DNA of 64,000 bases, from positions 35,908,304-35,972,303 of the forward strand of contig NC_092671.1 in NCBI RefSeq assembly GCF_964355755.1, given 5' to 3'. Below the pieces are notes generated by a model. The model made no database searches. It was not told where the DNA came from and saw only the letters and a program-made list of their open reading frames with translations. The position numbers were made by a program, and so were the translations under genes. The stretch is from Antedon mediterranea (Eukaryota > Animalia > Echinodermata). Positions 27,401 to 42,400 of this stretch are shown piece after piece (the first letter of the stretch is position 1; each line of letters opens with the position of its first letter).

Positions 27401-30400
27401 GATTATGAAAGTCATTTTAAACATTTATTTGAGGATAAAATTAGAAAACAAGACTATGATCATACATAAAATAAAATGCTACAAGTAATTTCATTAATAA
27501 TAATTATTCTCAAGGTTTCTGGCAAATATCATAAATATAAAATGTGTTATATGATATAAGGTTTTCATGAAATAAATATACCGTATGAATATACATCTTC
27601 ACAGGGTTCTTTTTTTCTAATAGCCTATTAAGTAATTCACTTAATTAAGATTGTAAACATTTATGTAATTTAAATTAAAAACATTATCCTCATCATGATC
27701 AAATAATTAATTAATTATTCAAAATAATAATGTAATGAAAAATGTATTGTTTACTGTGTCAAACAATTTAATAATAGATTTAATATTTGGAATATACATT
27801 TATTGGCAACAATGGCACAAACTCCTTAAAATAATTGATGACACTATTAATTAATCTTAATTTGTACTTTTAATTAATAATCGTTAATCAATACAAATCA
27901 TAAAGAAGAAGAAAGAAAGAAGAAATTATTACATCTGTTGAACTTATGATAGCAACGATGGATTCTTTCTTTGTGACTCACGCAAAGTATTTGTAATATT
28001 TTAAAACAATTATTATTGATGATAAACAGTCATAGCCAATTGTTAAAAAAATTATTAAATTATGAAATAATAAATGAAGAATGACATGTTTGCATTCATA
28101 CCATGAGGAGAACCACTTTCTAAAATTCTATTCCATTAATATCTATTTTCAAGTTGAATCTATAAAAAAAGAACATCATCTTTCAGATGAGTCGTTAAGC
28201 TGTTGGTCAATCAAAGTTCAACCCACTGTACATGGCCATTAATCATGACTACAGGTATTTTGAAAATACATTTTTCTATATCTTTTTAATGACATTTTCT
28301 GTTCATAGTTTCATATTTTTCCCCTTGTTCATTTCACAGGAAAGTGTCCCTTTAAAAGTAGTTTCCTCTGTAAAAGAATGTTACAAAGGAGGGGTTTTAC
28401 TGTGTTAAAATTCTAAACTTTATCAAACTTCTTGAAAAAATTCATCTGGTTCAAATGACAACACAGAGTAAGGATGAGTGATGATCAAAAATCAATTCGT
28501 CACTCGTGTGAACAAGGTTGCCGATGGAAGCAGCCGAAAGATAGGAAAATAGTCTATTTTTTATGGTTTACCAAATGAAAAATAAAATACTAACATTTAT
28601 CAAACTTGACGTTATTGTTTTATAATGCTTTAGTGTCTTTTGGTAATCTTAGTCGTGTTCCTATAAAAATTGTAATATTGCATCATCGCGGCGGAGAAGA
28701 TGAATATAATTTACTGTTACAAAAACAGGTGCGTTGGGGACGAACAATGCTAAAGGAATGCTAACAACATTTTACAAGACAAGATTAATTACTATAAGCA
28801 TTTCAATATAAGACTCACAATGCAACAGATGGCTGTATATTCTTTTTGTAAATATTACCAACATTATCTAATTTTTATATTTAATAATAAATATGTGAAA
28901 TATTTGAATACTTCAAAAGAAATAGTCATTTTTCCGATTGACACACAAAGAGAAATTAGTTTTAATTCAACCGTGATCAGATTTGATTTTTTGTCGATTT
29001 TGGCCCCAAATGGCATTTATTTGTGGGCGCAGAATGTACATTGTTCTTTTTTATGTAATATAAAAGATTAAAAATGATTGATGCATTTAAAAATCTGTAG
29101 TCAATAACTTCTTTATATGTATAGAAATTAATTTGCGATATAATCTGTGTTCGCGTGCCAAGTTTTCAATTCAATTATAGATGCCTCAATGGGTTGAGAG
29201 TCTTGTTTGAAACTGTACTGTGTTTATGAGAATATATTGGTTGTTGAAAATACAATTTGCGATATTATTAATTTATCAAGTTGCATTATTATTATATAGG
29301 CTTAATAAGCTCTGTTTATACTATCAAACTAGTTTCACAAAAAAAAAAGTTTGATGTACCGAAATATGTCGATATGGGCACATCACATTTTATTGTCACA
29401 TAATGTTTGATAGTGTGTAAACAGAACAGAATATAACGAATCTAGGGAACAAACTGATTTACTGTCTTGGTTACCAAAATTTGGTTTTGGTAGATGGATT
29501 TACCACTGCTACCGTGGTTGGCCTATATGGGTCATTCCATATAAAAGTTGGGATGGGCTAGTATCCAAAGATATAGGTTTATATGAACTAATTCTTATTA
29601 AACCATATACTGTATATTCTAGTTGGAAGATATCCAAATAACTCATATTCATAACTCAAAAATAAACACCCACAGTATTTTCCATCAAATTCTCTAAAAG
29701 CATTTTAGAATTGACAATTTGTCTTGCACCAACAGCTTCTATCCAACCAGTTAATCCGTTGTCCAAAGTCAAAAGAAATGACAGCTTTTATAAATCTTAA
29801 CGCAGACAAAGAAATAAAATGCGTTGGAATTTGATACAATCCGCGACAATTCCACCGTAACAGTGTCAGTTTGGATAAATACCTAACAAATACTATAAGT
29901 TTATGGAAATATAACTGTGTTTAGTTTAACTACAGGCTATGTTTACTTTACATAAAAAAGTTCCTTTTGCTTAAAATTGCGTTTCAGACTTATATTGTGT
30001 TTCCATTTATATATACCGGTAGGTGAATTGTCGGGCCCACTAAGGGATTATTTAAAATTGGATCAATTTAATTCTTAGTTTATCTTCCTGATGAAAAAAT
30101 GTATTAAAAAAAAGTCATATGCATCAACAGCGAGCAACTCGTTAATTACAGGATGGATAAATTATTTTATAATTTATCGTGCATATAAAATAAGTCTCAT
30201 TGAGGCATAGGTCAGGATTGACCTTGATACTAGGTCAGGATTGACCTTGATACTAGGTCAGGATTGACCTTGATACTAGGTCAGGATTGATCTTGATACT
30301 AGGTCAGGATTGACCTTGATACTAGGTCAGGATTGACCTTGATACTAGGTCAGGATTGACCTTGATACTAGGTCAGGATTGAACACTGGACCTTAGGATT

Positions 30401-33400
30401 GGAAGGCAAGCATGTTAACCACCAAGCTACAGCTCCACTCATGATATTTGTTTATTTTTAAATTACTGTCAGAAAGTGTACACAAACAAGGAAAATCAAA
30501 TAGTTACTATAAAATAATAATGAAAATACCTCTACATAATACTACATAATACTATTATTGATTGATATTATTAATTTTTCCAGTTGTCACAGTTCAGAGC
30601 AATGTACTTCGACAAAAATGTTGCTACAAAAAAGTGGATTGCAGGATTAATGAAAATAATTCTGGGCTTAAGACCCTAAAATAGTCTGGGTAGATTAGCC
30701 CAGCAAACAACATGTATAATCCTGCAGTATAACATCACATTAAACTATCTTTTTTAAAGAGAAAGTTGACTATTAATACTATTAGATACGCATGATCCCA
30801 ATTTTGTCTTATCATATGACAGTGAATTGTATACAATATACAATATAAACACAAAGCTTGGAGACAGTTTTTATGTTTAACAATGGAAAGACCTTGGGGG
30901 AATGTAAAACCCTTTTATTGCAAATCTTTTAGAGTGTTAACAATTTTGTGATTGGCCCTACTTTTCTTGCTAAAAGAGAATAATATGTTGATATAGAGTT
31001 TGTGGTACACCACATATATTTAGTTGAGTTTCTTGTCGTTTCGTACATTCCCAGTTTCCTGAACATTTTACATTCTCATTCATTAGGACGACTAAAGTAT
31101 AATGATCGAAACGTCAAGAAACTCAACAGTTATCAATATAAAAATAGAGAATACTTATAATAAGTAATAGTTTTCACAATCATTGCTCGTGGCACTTCTA
31201 TGTACTTAGATGCAAATGTATGCTATGTAATTTTCAATGCGTGTTTATAGTATAATTATAACTTTCTAAAGTTACAGTAATTCCCAAATTACATTGAATA
31301 ATTATATGCTATTGTGTACAAGCTCTGTAAACACTATCAAACTAGTTTGACAAAAAAAGTGTGATATGCCCAAATATGGTAGTGATATATCCAAATATGG
31401 TAGTGATATGCTTAAATATGGTAGTGATATGACATAATCATGTCCATATATGGGCACACCACATTTTTGTTTTGTCACATGCAGTTTGATAGTGTAGACA
31501 GAGCTTTACAAACAAATAGTCCTACATAACAACATGTGATACAACTTAATTTTATAATATTTTATTAGATTTTAAATGTGAAAGTTTATCTCCTGCGATT
31601 TATCAAGATACCTATAATTTCAAATCAGGATATCTATATATAAATTTACGTAAGGGCAAAATTCGGTAAATCGCGCCTTACTTTTAGAATTTTTACTCGA
31701 TGGTATGTAAAGTTGGTTCGTACTTTCGGTACTGATTTTAACAACCTGATGTAACCCTGTTTACTAATTAAATTAAGTTAGATAATTAGTTATTGACGAT
31801 TAAAACGAATTTAGGTTCAACGATTTGCCCCAGATAGGGGTGTTTTCCGATCGTGGTATACACTGTCTAATGGATGTCCATCTTGAAAAATACCCGCCAC
31901 AAAAATGCGAGGAGGCTTCGCATTTTCCTATCTCCTCCTACGATAATTGTTTTTAATAGCTGAAAACCGGTTGAACAGCTCGAGTCCAGTATCATAATGT
32001 TGAAGACAGGCCGATTTTCTTAAAAAAATACTATTTTGATAGATTTAATATACGTTTATACAAATGTATTGATTTGCGATGAATGGAACATTCCAATCTC
32101 TGTGTCGTTCCACAAGTGTCTATTCCCTCAGGCGTCGTAAAGGAAAGTACTGTATACTCATAACAGAAATTTGATCCATTTTTTTTCCAATCTGTGATGC
32201 AGAGGTTGGATATAATTTTTTTTAAACGGATAATGAGCTAGCGTTTTCAGTCGCCGTAATATTTATTACCGATTAAATCGAATTTATGATTTGCCCCGAA
32301 TAGAGGTGTTTTTCACAAATTGTTTAACATTATATATAAACATACGTCGTAGTGTATCGTTACATGTAGGCCTACTGTACTATTTCAATCGACTACGACG
32401 GTGATAGTTTCAACAAAGTATTACATCGCAATGTTTTACTGTGTTTAGTGGTATATTATTTGTAAAACATGTTAATTAAAATTTCGTTACAAAATAAAGA
32501 ATATATTTAAAAATGTTTCCTCTTTGCACCCATCCTCTTCCCCATCTCTCAACCATAATGTTACATACAAAACACAAATTAAGTTTGTTTAAATTTGACT
32601 TAAACAATTGGTCTCATTGACAACTTTCTCTTTCGGAAGTAATTCCCAGTGTGCTAATTTTAGTTGAGTACATAAATCACAGTGTCTATTTAATCGTTCC
32701 TGTAAACGACATATATTATTGTCCTGCATTATTGTACATTTGAAATCGCCAGTTTTTTAACGCTGAAATTACTGCGTATTCGAGAACCATCTGTGGGCAC
32801 GACCTAGATGGTACGCGAGCGAAGCGAGCGTACCATCTAGTATTAAGAAGTGTTCATAATAGCTGTCTACCTGCAGTGTCAATCAGAACAGGATAGGGGT
32901 TCTAACAATGTTTAAACAGATATTTTTCAGAAAGCAGTTGGTTAGTGATGGAAGTGACAGGTGATGAGAAAATAAATGTAATAAATTACACAACTGCCGA
33001 GCACATCATTGTAATGATGGTTGGCTGTTTAGGATTTGAGTGTTATAAGAGTTAATGCATGTTAAATTGCCAGATAATAAATGGTCTCCTAAAGTTCTGT
33101 CTACACTATCAAACTTTATGTGACAAACAAAATATGATGTGCCTATATATGGACATGATGATGTCATATTACTACCATGTTTGGCACATCAGACTTTTTT
33201 TTGTCAACTTTGATGGTGTAGACAGAGCTTAAGATTGTATCTATTCAGTTGCTAGTCAAGAACATTAACTAACAAATGTTGTTTTGTAGAATGCTGCTTA
33301 TAATTATATGTGCCCTGCCAAGAAAAATAACCAATTTGTATCCCCACCAAGATAAACGTCTTCATTTAATAAGTTATAGCTTATTTCTTATCAGTTATAG

Positions 33401-36400
33401 GAAGAGACTATATTGTTGGTAGACAGATATACAAACTCAATCTGTCACTGGGTCTGGGAACAATTATTTGCAAAGCAGTTATTAAAACTAAGAACCATTC
33501 TTAGATTTGACTGAGTATCTGACTGACCATGGTTATGACCATATATGTCTACACCTATTGGAATTACAATAGGTAATTACTAACTTCCAAAGTAATATAA
33601 ATACATTTTAAGATTATCTCTTTAAAAATTGATCATGACAAACTATACAAAAAATTAACAAATATCCAAATAATAGGAAACACAAAGTATAGTGATACTT
33701 AGTTTCTACAAGGAGAATAACTAGATTGAACGTAAAAAAAAATCAATACAAGCAATGTAATTAATGTTTTTTAAACCAATAAAAATCTAATTTTGTTTTC
33801 CAAACATTGGAATCTATTTTTAAAAAATGAGATAAATGTTTATTTCCCTCTTAATGTGACAAAACTATCTAAAAAAATAATATAAATAGAAAATTCTACA
33901 TTGTGAACTAATTTTAAGATTAATGAGTTTAAAAATGACCAAAAAACAACAAGCACTGTCTTTCAAACAAGGTCATATAAAGTGTACAAACAAACAAAGA
34001 ATATAAAAATAGAATAAAAACAAGAGAGAAAAAGAAACAATTTCCGTACTTGTACAATTCAAGTATTGTACAAATTGAAACACGTCCACTGCGACCATTA
34101 AACAGTAATTATTGTGTCTATTTCGAACAATAGGTTCTGTATCTGAAGTTTTTTATATATTTTTTAGTGTATAAAAACGTAGGCTGTTAACTACCTACTC
34201 CACCTTCAACATAATTTTAACATAAATGTTGCTATTGTCTAAGTTAACGAGGGCCAAGACATGATAACAGAACATGTCTGTCCATTATAAAAGACAGGTG
34301 TTTCAACAATTTATTATTTAATAAGAGATAGAAAATGGTTGCCTCATAAATGCTGGATTTCATTCTGTGTCCTTTTATTGCACTGCATAAGTTGTATGTA
34401 CTAGAGGGCTATGGCACGCCCAATAAATGACAGCTTGGCGCACCATACATGGCACGTGAATTTCTTGAAAGACATTTTCAATAACTAGATGAGTATCACC
34501 ATCGATATCCAGTCAATGGAGGAGAATCCTCAAGATTACATTTTAATTACGATAGTGAATCAATATTACATGACATGCAATTTGTTAGTTATAGAGATTT
34601 TTAAATATTCAACAATAAATATTGAAAATTACAGTATGTTTTTCTTCAGTTTACACTTTGTTCATATTTTTGTCTATAGGGCTCATATTCGTTAGGCCTA
34701 CTACTATAGCAAAGATACCTGCACCAGGGCAATGTGTATGGATATGTGCAATTACTAGCAAAAAGTTTTGTACAAAACAAACCATTAACACAATCTCTCT
34801 CTCTTGATATTCATCTGGGAAGTAGAACATTGTTCATAACTGAAACAACTTCTTGACTCGAATGGGCATTAAATGAGGAATGTACTTTAAATTAAAAGAT
34901 GGGTTGTATGCCTCAAACTAGACAAGTAGCCTGCCATTTTACTGTCTCTCATTTGTACCTCTAAATAGGTGCCCTTCAGAACCATTTTATTGCAATTAAA
35001 AAGAACATTCTTAAGTTTATAAGTTATGCTAAACAATTATAGTTTAACCTTCATTAATAAATGAGATCTTCTTTACAGTACCTATTATTTATCAATTAGA
35101 AGATTCTTGATCAATGATTTGAAGGAAATATCAATATGTTTCATATACAAAAGAAACAAAACTAAGCTAGATTTATGAGCTGCAAAAGTACCAAAGGCTA
35201 AATGAATAGTAAAAATTAAAGTAAAAAATCAAGCAATTTTTAAATCAAATTGGGTCAAAGTACAAACTCTCCTGGTTTTAGGTTAATGCATGAAAGAGAA
35301 GTGGAACATTAAGCTGATGACAAGGGTCTGCCATAAATAAATGCAGTTCTTTCTTAGTTTATCAGGTGGTAAATACAATGAATGAATGATTGTAATATAT
35401 TAGCCTTCGTACTGTGGTTTACCAAAACCCACTCCCAACATTTGTGACTTCTTTCCAGACACAGTACACATGATTCACACATGATTTAATAAGCAAGTTA
35501 CAGTTTATTTAAACTCAAAGCTGTAGGTGCTTAACTGCTATCTGCATGTGCAACCAATGTGGTGTTAACTTTAAGTATCATTAATTACAGGCTGACCACA
35601 CCTATTAGGGGGGTACTGAGTACAAACCTACAAATGAAGAACACATGACAACCTTACAATACAGGGCCTTCAATTCAACATCAATACTTGAAGTTCACAA
35701 GTGCAAAAGGGTAATTATCAGGTCATAACATGAAATTACCTAAAAACAGTGTTTCTTTTAAGCTTTTATTTCTGTCCATAGGTCAGCCACCTATTTATGA
35801 CACCATGAGGTAATCTGTGCTGAAAGGTCCCTACCATACCGATTTCAGAGGGACACTAAATTTCTTAAGTGGTGGACAAAAATTGAGATTGTTAAGACTC
35901 TGGAGAAACTTGGTGGTTTCTATTTCGAAATTTGTAATTAATTTATTAAGTAAGCAATAACTCACCTTTCCACAGTTTGTGTATTCCACAGCTGTCTCAC
36001 GGAAGAAGATATAAATGTATGGATCAATCTCAAATGATGCAACAAAGTTGGGTTCTGAAAATATATTATAAAAAATGTTAAGATTTTGTTGTAGCGCAAA
36101 GTTAAGCTTGGTTCCCGCTACAGATGCAACGATGTAACGCAACGTAAGGGATTTGACCAATCACAAATGATGCATTATTCGAACTGTTGTCATTGTCAAT
36201 TGCATCGCGTTCTAGTGGGAACCAAGCTTTAAGTGGCGCCTGCTGCAGTTATAATTGCGTGTGAAATGTACCATAGTCAAAGACTAGGCCTATCACTGCT
36301 GGTATCAGGTGATTTTTTTTTCCAAAGGTTTTGCAAGGCTACAGTAGGCTTGTAACAAATATTAAACCTACCACTGAAGTTTTTCACTTTGAAAAAACTT

Positions 36401-39400
36401 ATTTTTAAAAGTTCATTATTTTTCTATACATAAAAACAAAATCTACTACCATAACAAATAGTTTTGAATGCAATAACCAGAGGCTATGATGCTAATATAT
36501 AATCAGAATGGCTAACTTTGTACATCTAGTTCAAGTCCTCATCCTTGTAAGTAGAAATAATGAATGGTGTTGAAACCTGTCTTTATGATTAAGATGACTA
36601 GAGGCAAAATTTAAATTACATTTTAAAAACGGAAATGTACATTAAACTTTTAACAAAATTCCCATAAATGATACAATGTTCAAGGCCTGGTACTTTATTA
36701 ATAAATACTTTTGTTGGACAAGAGTAGAGAAATTGATTTTTCTAATATTTTTTTAATAATTTAATAAACTATCAGTGAATATGATTTGAATTTTTTTGAT
36801 TGATGTACATTTTTAATGTGGACGTTGCATATTTGACAATAATAATATGCTTTTTATAAATATTATATAAAATTCAATCAACTCGGTTACTTAAATAAGT
36901 TTAAAAAAGAATCAAATGTGTAGGCAGTAAATAACAATTCGTAATCTACTTTAATTAAGATTTTAAAAATCTAATTAGAATCTTATAAATTTATTGAATA
37001 ATAAAGCAATTTTCTTTTACCAATTTGTGTGGGTTAAATTATACAAAGTGCATGTGATCATGTACATTGTATTAAAATATCTTAATCCAGGGCCATTATC
37101 ATGCCACACAGCATTAGCCGAGGTACAAACAAGTCTACAGGATGGATGTGGGTGTATTGTAGGCTGGAAAGAAACTTGTCTCTACACTTTGACGTACGCG
37201 ATATGCAAATAACCCACTAGTTACTGGACGATAAATATATCTAGGTCATTACAAGATATGAGTATGAGTAATTTTATATTAAGCCAACAAAGTATAACAA
37301 ATATGTTCATCATAATGTTAGCGTAGACATTGAACTTTTTAATTAGATTCATAACATTAGTTTCTGTAGTATTGTCTTGTTGTTTAACAGCCAAACTGTG
37401 AAGGTTGCGGTGTCGCACGGTGGAGAACACTGGCTCCGTTTGTCTCTGGATTCACCCCCTCTCAGTATACGTTTTAATTTTATAGGAAGCTGAAAACACG
37501 TCAAGGAAATATATATCAGGCAGCTCAATGTGGAAGGAAATCAATTTGAAACGAAACAGCTGAAAATATTAATTGCCTAGGTTTAATAAAAACTAAAGTT
37601 TGCATATTGTAATTCAAACAAGGGTATAGTACCTATTCACTATGTTTATGTTGTCTTACTGGGCTGCAATACATCCTAAAGCTCTGTCTACAATAATATC
37701 AAACTATTTTGACAAAAAAAGTGTGATGCACCCACATATAGTGGTGATATGCCCAAATATGGTAGTGATATGACATCATCATTTCCATATATGGTCACAT
37801 CACATTTTTTGTCACATGAAGTTTGATAGTGTAGACAGAGCTTTAAATGTCACTGCAATTAGAAAAAGACCTTCGAAATGAATTTTTAAAAGGTTGCTAA
37901 TGTATATTCTGTTGAATATCATATTTTAATAAATGGCATTGGTTAATAATGTTAATTTTATTCACATTGTATTAATTGTGATTGTGGAACTTAAATGCTT
38001 GTTTTTCTTCTTCTATTTTCTTTCACAATTTTTGGTGAAAAAAATAAATAAATGAGTAAATGAATGAAATAAAATATTATATTAATTATGATTATTATGA
38101 TTGATTCATTTATCCATAAAATTAAAAAATGTAGGTGGGCCCTTGACATTGAAGCCTCTGTGCAGACTTGTGGTATAGGAAGCTTAATGGACAAAAAAAC
38201 AAATTGATCTTTGAGGTAAACAGTTCTAATTTAAGGGCCTTAGTGATAGACCTAGCTTAGGCTGATATAAACTTTACCATTATATTATACTGTTAATAAA
38301 GGAACCAAGAGATTGAGAAGAAGTGGGTCATGGGGTCAGGAGCAGACCAAGGAAGATCTAAAAGGCTTACCGACTTAATCTAATTAGTTTAGTTTAAACG
38401 AGAATAGACATCACTGTTCTAGAAGATAGTTTGATATTTGGGATGCCCAGAGGTTTGCATTTGAATGTCTAACATAGGAAATAGGGGGAGACTGCCTAAA
38501 TAACTCAAGGTCAAGAATCGGGAGACAACTTAAGCAAACCGAAATTCTTGACACTTTTTGTAACTTTTGAATGACAAGTGAGACATTATTCTATTCTATA
38601 GAGAAAATTCTCAAATAGATTTAATTAAATTTAATCCAGGTCAAAGAAATTTAGGGACAGTACTTCTATGTCATCCATACCAATTTCAGTCAAGTACAAG
38701 GACTTTTAATTTTCAGAATAGGCCTAGTTTTAATTCTAAAACTTCTAATATCTATAGATATATAAATAAAAATGTTATATTCGTTTAAAATGGAGCAATC
38801 AAAATTGATTCACCATTTAAACAGGTTTATTACAAGTTTTATGTGAACAAAATTACTTAAGTTGCAATTCCAATCTGTTTAAAATTATCTAATTTTCCTC
38901 TTTAAGAGTACACTGAGAAATTATTACACAGGTCATTTTAAAGTACATTATAATTACCATTTAGCCATTTGGAGTTGAGCTGAGCTGTTCTTAGTTGGGG
39001 AGATGGTCCCATGGTGCGGTACACAACTGGGTCACGAGCCATAAAGTCCATGACCGTTCCACTGTAAAGATCCCCTGTGCTTGTGAGTAGTGCAGTGGCA
39101 TTATGATGTGGGTTGTATGGACACTTGGCGATCCCGTCCATTTTACTGCTAACTTCCGTCAAGTTGGAGATCTGTGTGGTACATTACAATCATTTTTTAA
39201 TTACTGTATAATGCCCTTACGTAAATTTATATATAGAAGATATTTTGTCCCCCTAACATTTTTTTTCTTCAATTTTTTGTTTAATATACCATTTTAATAT
39301 CACATAATGGTTATTCACTTTGACCAAAAACTGGATCGAAAAAAAAAATGTATGTGAAAAAAGTATTCTTCTCATACAAACCTTTCTCCATGTACATTGT

Positions 39401-42400
39401 GGCGAGAATGCGTAAGTACCGCATGTAAAAATCTGGTCGTCTTTTGGAAGCATCACTCGAATGTAGTTACAACAATTTTCCTGAGAAAAAAATGTGACTT
39501 ATTAGCCTAAAGTATCATAAACATACATGCAACTACATTTTAAGAGGTAATACACTTTTAAGTAAACAAATAAAGTAAGTAAAATAAATAAAAGAGATAA
39601 TCATTGTGATCAAATAGTTTAAATTATTTGTTATCTTCTGCTTTATCTACACCATAGACATTTTGAAATAAATATACATATAAGGATGAGTTTATGTATG
39701 TAAAAATGATGTCAAAAGAGTAAAACATTCTGAATTTATCTATAAACATTTCTAGTTGTTTAGTCGGGCAAAAGTAGGTTTAGCATCACTGAAGTTTAAT
39801 ACCCTCAAGTAGACAGATAAATTCACTCAAGTTAAGTAATATGAACCGCACAATTTAGATAATTTACTGTTTAATTAGGCCTAGTGATACAGTTGGGTTT
39901 ATCGTAATCATAATCGTAGTTATAGCCTTCCAAGCTGCACTTGTAATAACAGAGGCTTAAGCCAAACTTTGATAAACATCTATCTGGAATAATCAGAGTA
40001 AACTTTGGCATGCTTTCAGGCTTCTAAAATAAGAGCAGATCCTAGGGTCACAACTGAATGAAGGGATATTTCAGGCAGAAGGGAAAGGAGGCAGATTCAT
40101 CCTCCACATATTCGACCTCCCATCTCCACCACCACAAATAAATACTAATCTGTTATTTGGTAATATAATCAAATTTCAAAATTTGTTATTATTATTCATT
40201 ATTTATAAATTGCCTTTAAAGAAGATCAAAGAGCTGTACAGAGAATTAACAGAAACAACATACAAAAAAAACCAAATATGCTACTTGGGGAACAAATAAG
40301 TTATGAGACGTTTCTTACAAAGACAAGAATTAGTAGCATGTTCCAAAGTTCCGGACCATGGACAGAGAACACACTGCCAAAAACCATTTTTGTGGCAGGG
40401 ACACAAAGGTGTAAATTGTCCATGGATGATCTAAGGCCAGAACGACGACTCATGCAAATTAATGATTGATTATGATTATGATGATTGGTGTAAGATGAAA
40501 TTAACTTTAAACACTATTGTGTTATGGTAATGACCCATGTCCTAATTTAAAGTTTCATTGAAACAAGTGTGTCCAAATGCATTTTCTCAAATGAATATAA
40601 ACTGATGTGAAATTTTCGTTCTTTAATTTATAATTCTAATTGTTTATCCACAAACTAAATTATTCATGTTGTTTAATTCTGTTAAGAAAATTAGTACATA
40701 TTTGTATTGATATTGATTTTATTCAAACATTACTGTATATCTATAAATTGATTTTTAAAATGCAATAAATATTGTTGCCAAGATCCATCTACCTATTTTT
40801 TGTGGTTTTAGAATCCAGCTTAATTAGCAGGAATCTTTGAGTGATAATAGATGTAAAGAATTTATCTATTGTGAATTTAGTCCCAAGGGTATTCTGTGTT
40901 AATTAGTAATGAAGTCCTGTAGGACATACAGACAACATGGCTTCACACCTGTGAAGTGGATAATATTCACTTTGGTGATCTAACAAGGCCTTGATGGATT
41001 AAATAGCAAAAGAAACGTCATTCTAAGCTTGTCAATTACTATTGAAACATGGAGGTATAAACATTTTTATACCTCCATGATTGAAAGATATTTTTAAATA
41101 TGCGTTCATAACTGTCAAAACATTTATAAATTTGTAAATAAATATATGGAACGCCGTTTACGCAACATTTCAATGATATGAATTTTATGACGCGATATGT
41201 GAATGAAATGCATCGATATGAATTGAATGGCGCGATATATGAATGAAATGTTTTGAATCGAATGCTTTGAATTGAACATTTCATTCAAAACATTTCATTC
41301 AAAACATTTCGTTCAAAACATTTCATTCAAAACATTTTATTCAAAACATTCAATTCAAAACATTTCATTCAAAACATTTCATTCAAAACATTCAATTCAA
41401 AGCATTCAATTCAAAACATTTCATTCATATATCGCGCCATTCAATTCATATCGATGCATTTCATTCACATATCGCGTCATAAAATTCATATCATCAAAAT
41501 GTTGCGTAAACGGCGTTCCATATAAATAGTTGGAAAGCAGTGCAGTGTTAGGTATATAAGATATAGTACATTATAAACTTCCTCAGCTAAAAATAGTAAA
41601 AAAAGATTTCCTGCTTGTCTGCAGCAGTATCAAGATGGAAGACATGAATTTAAAAAAATATGATTTCAAGATGAATAAAGTCATATAAATAGATCCTAAT
41701 TTTTATAAATTCATTAATTGTATATCGATGTATAATAGTCAATTAGTATCCTAAATGAATTAATTTGTTTTCTCGTGAATTATTATGACGGGCAGACAAA
41801 TAAGAACAGCATTGCGTTTTAAGAAGTAGTTTTTTAAAGTTTGTTTTTATGACTAATGTTGAAAAGAAAACTAGAATACAGAACTGGGTTAATTGGGGTA
41901 ATACATGGAGACAAGTCAATTTAAATTGAATTTGTTCATCTGGAAATCCAAATAAGAAAAAAAGTCAATTTCATATCTCAAATCGTACATATCATAATGA
42001 TATATCAATTTTTAAGTCTTTTAATAAACTTTAATGTATTGTCCCTCTGAAAAATAATTTTTCCATTTTTTGTTATTGAATATGCCATTTTGATGTCACA
42101 TAATAGTTGGATCAAAAAAATGTATTTACCTGTAGAAACTGTAAAATAGTGAAATTGGCTGCTAGTTTTTGGTTGTCTTATTTTTTATTTCTGCGGAAAT
42201 TAATTGAAACTACAAAATTGCCTATTCAAAATCCGATTTATTAATCTTCATTTTTCATGTTTTTTGGGGAAAATACTTTAAAGAAATTGTTATGTTTATT
42301 AAATAAGTTATGGAGACATAGAGAGTGGTTTTCAGATTGGCATCACCAAGGGATATTAAAACATGATCTTTATGTGTATAAAACATGACATCTCTTGGCA

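Noticed and set aside
30208-30382. CRISPR-like regular repeats
   Set aside because: Head-to-tail 23-mers with no unique spacers, inside a eukaryotic SINE, and no cas genes.
40358-40425. CCATGGACA...TGTCCATGG inverted repeat as another P-like footprint
   Set aside because: No target-site duplication on the flanks.
41039-41529. ORFs 41039-41284 and 41272-41529 with similar peptides
   Set aside because: Products of the inverted arms and the 14-bp satellite of the foldback element.
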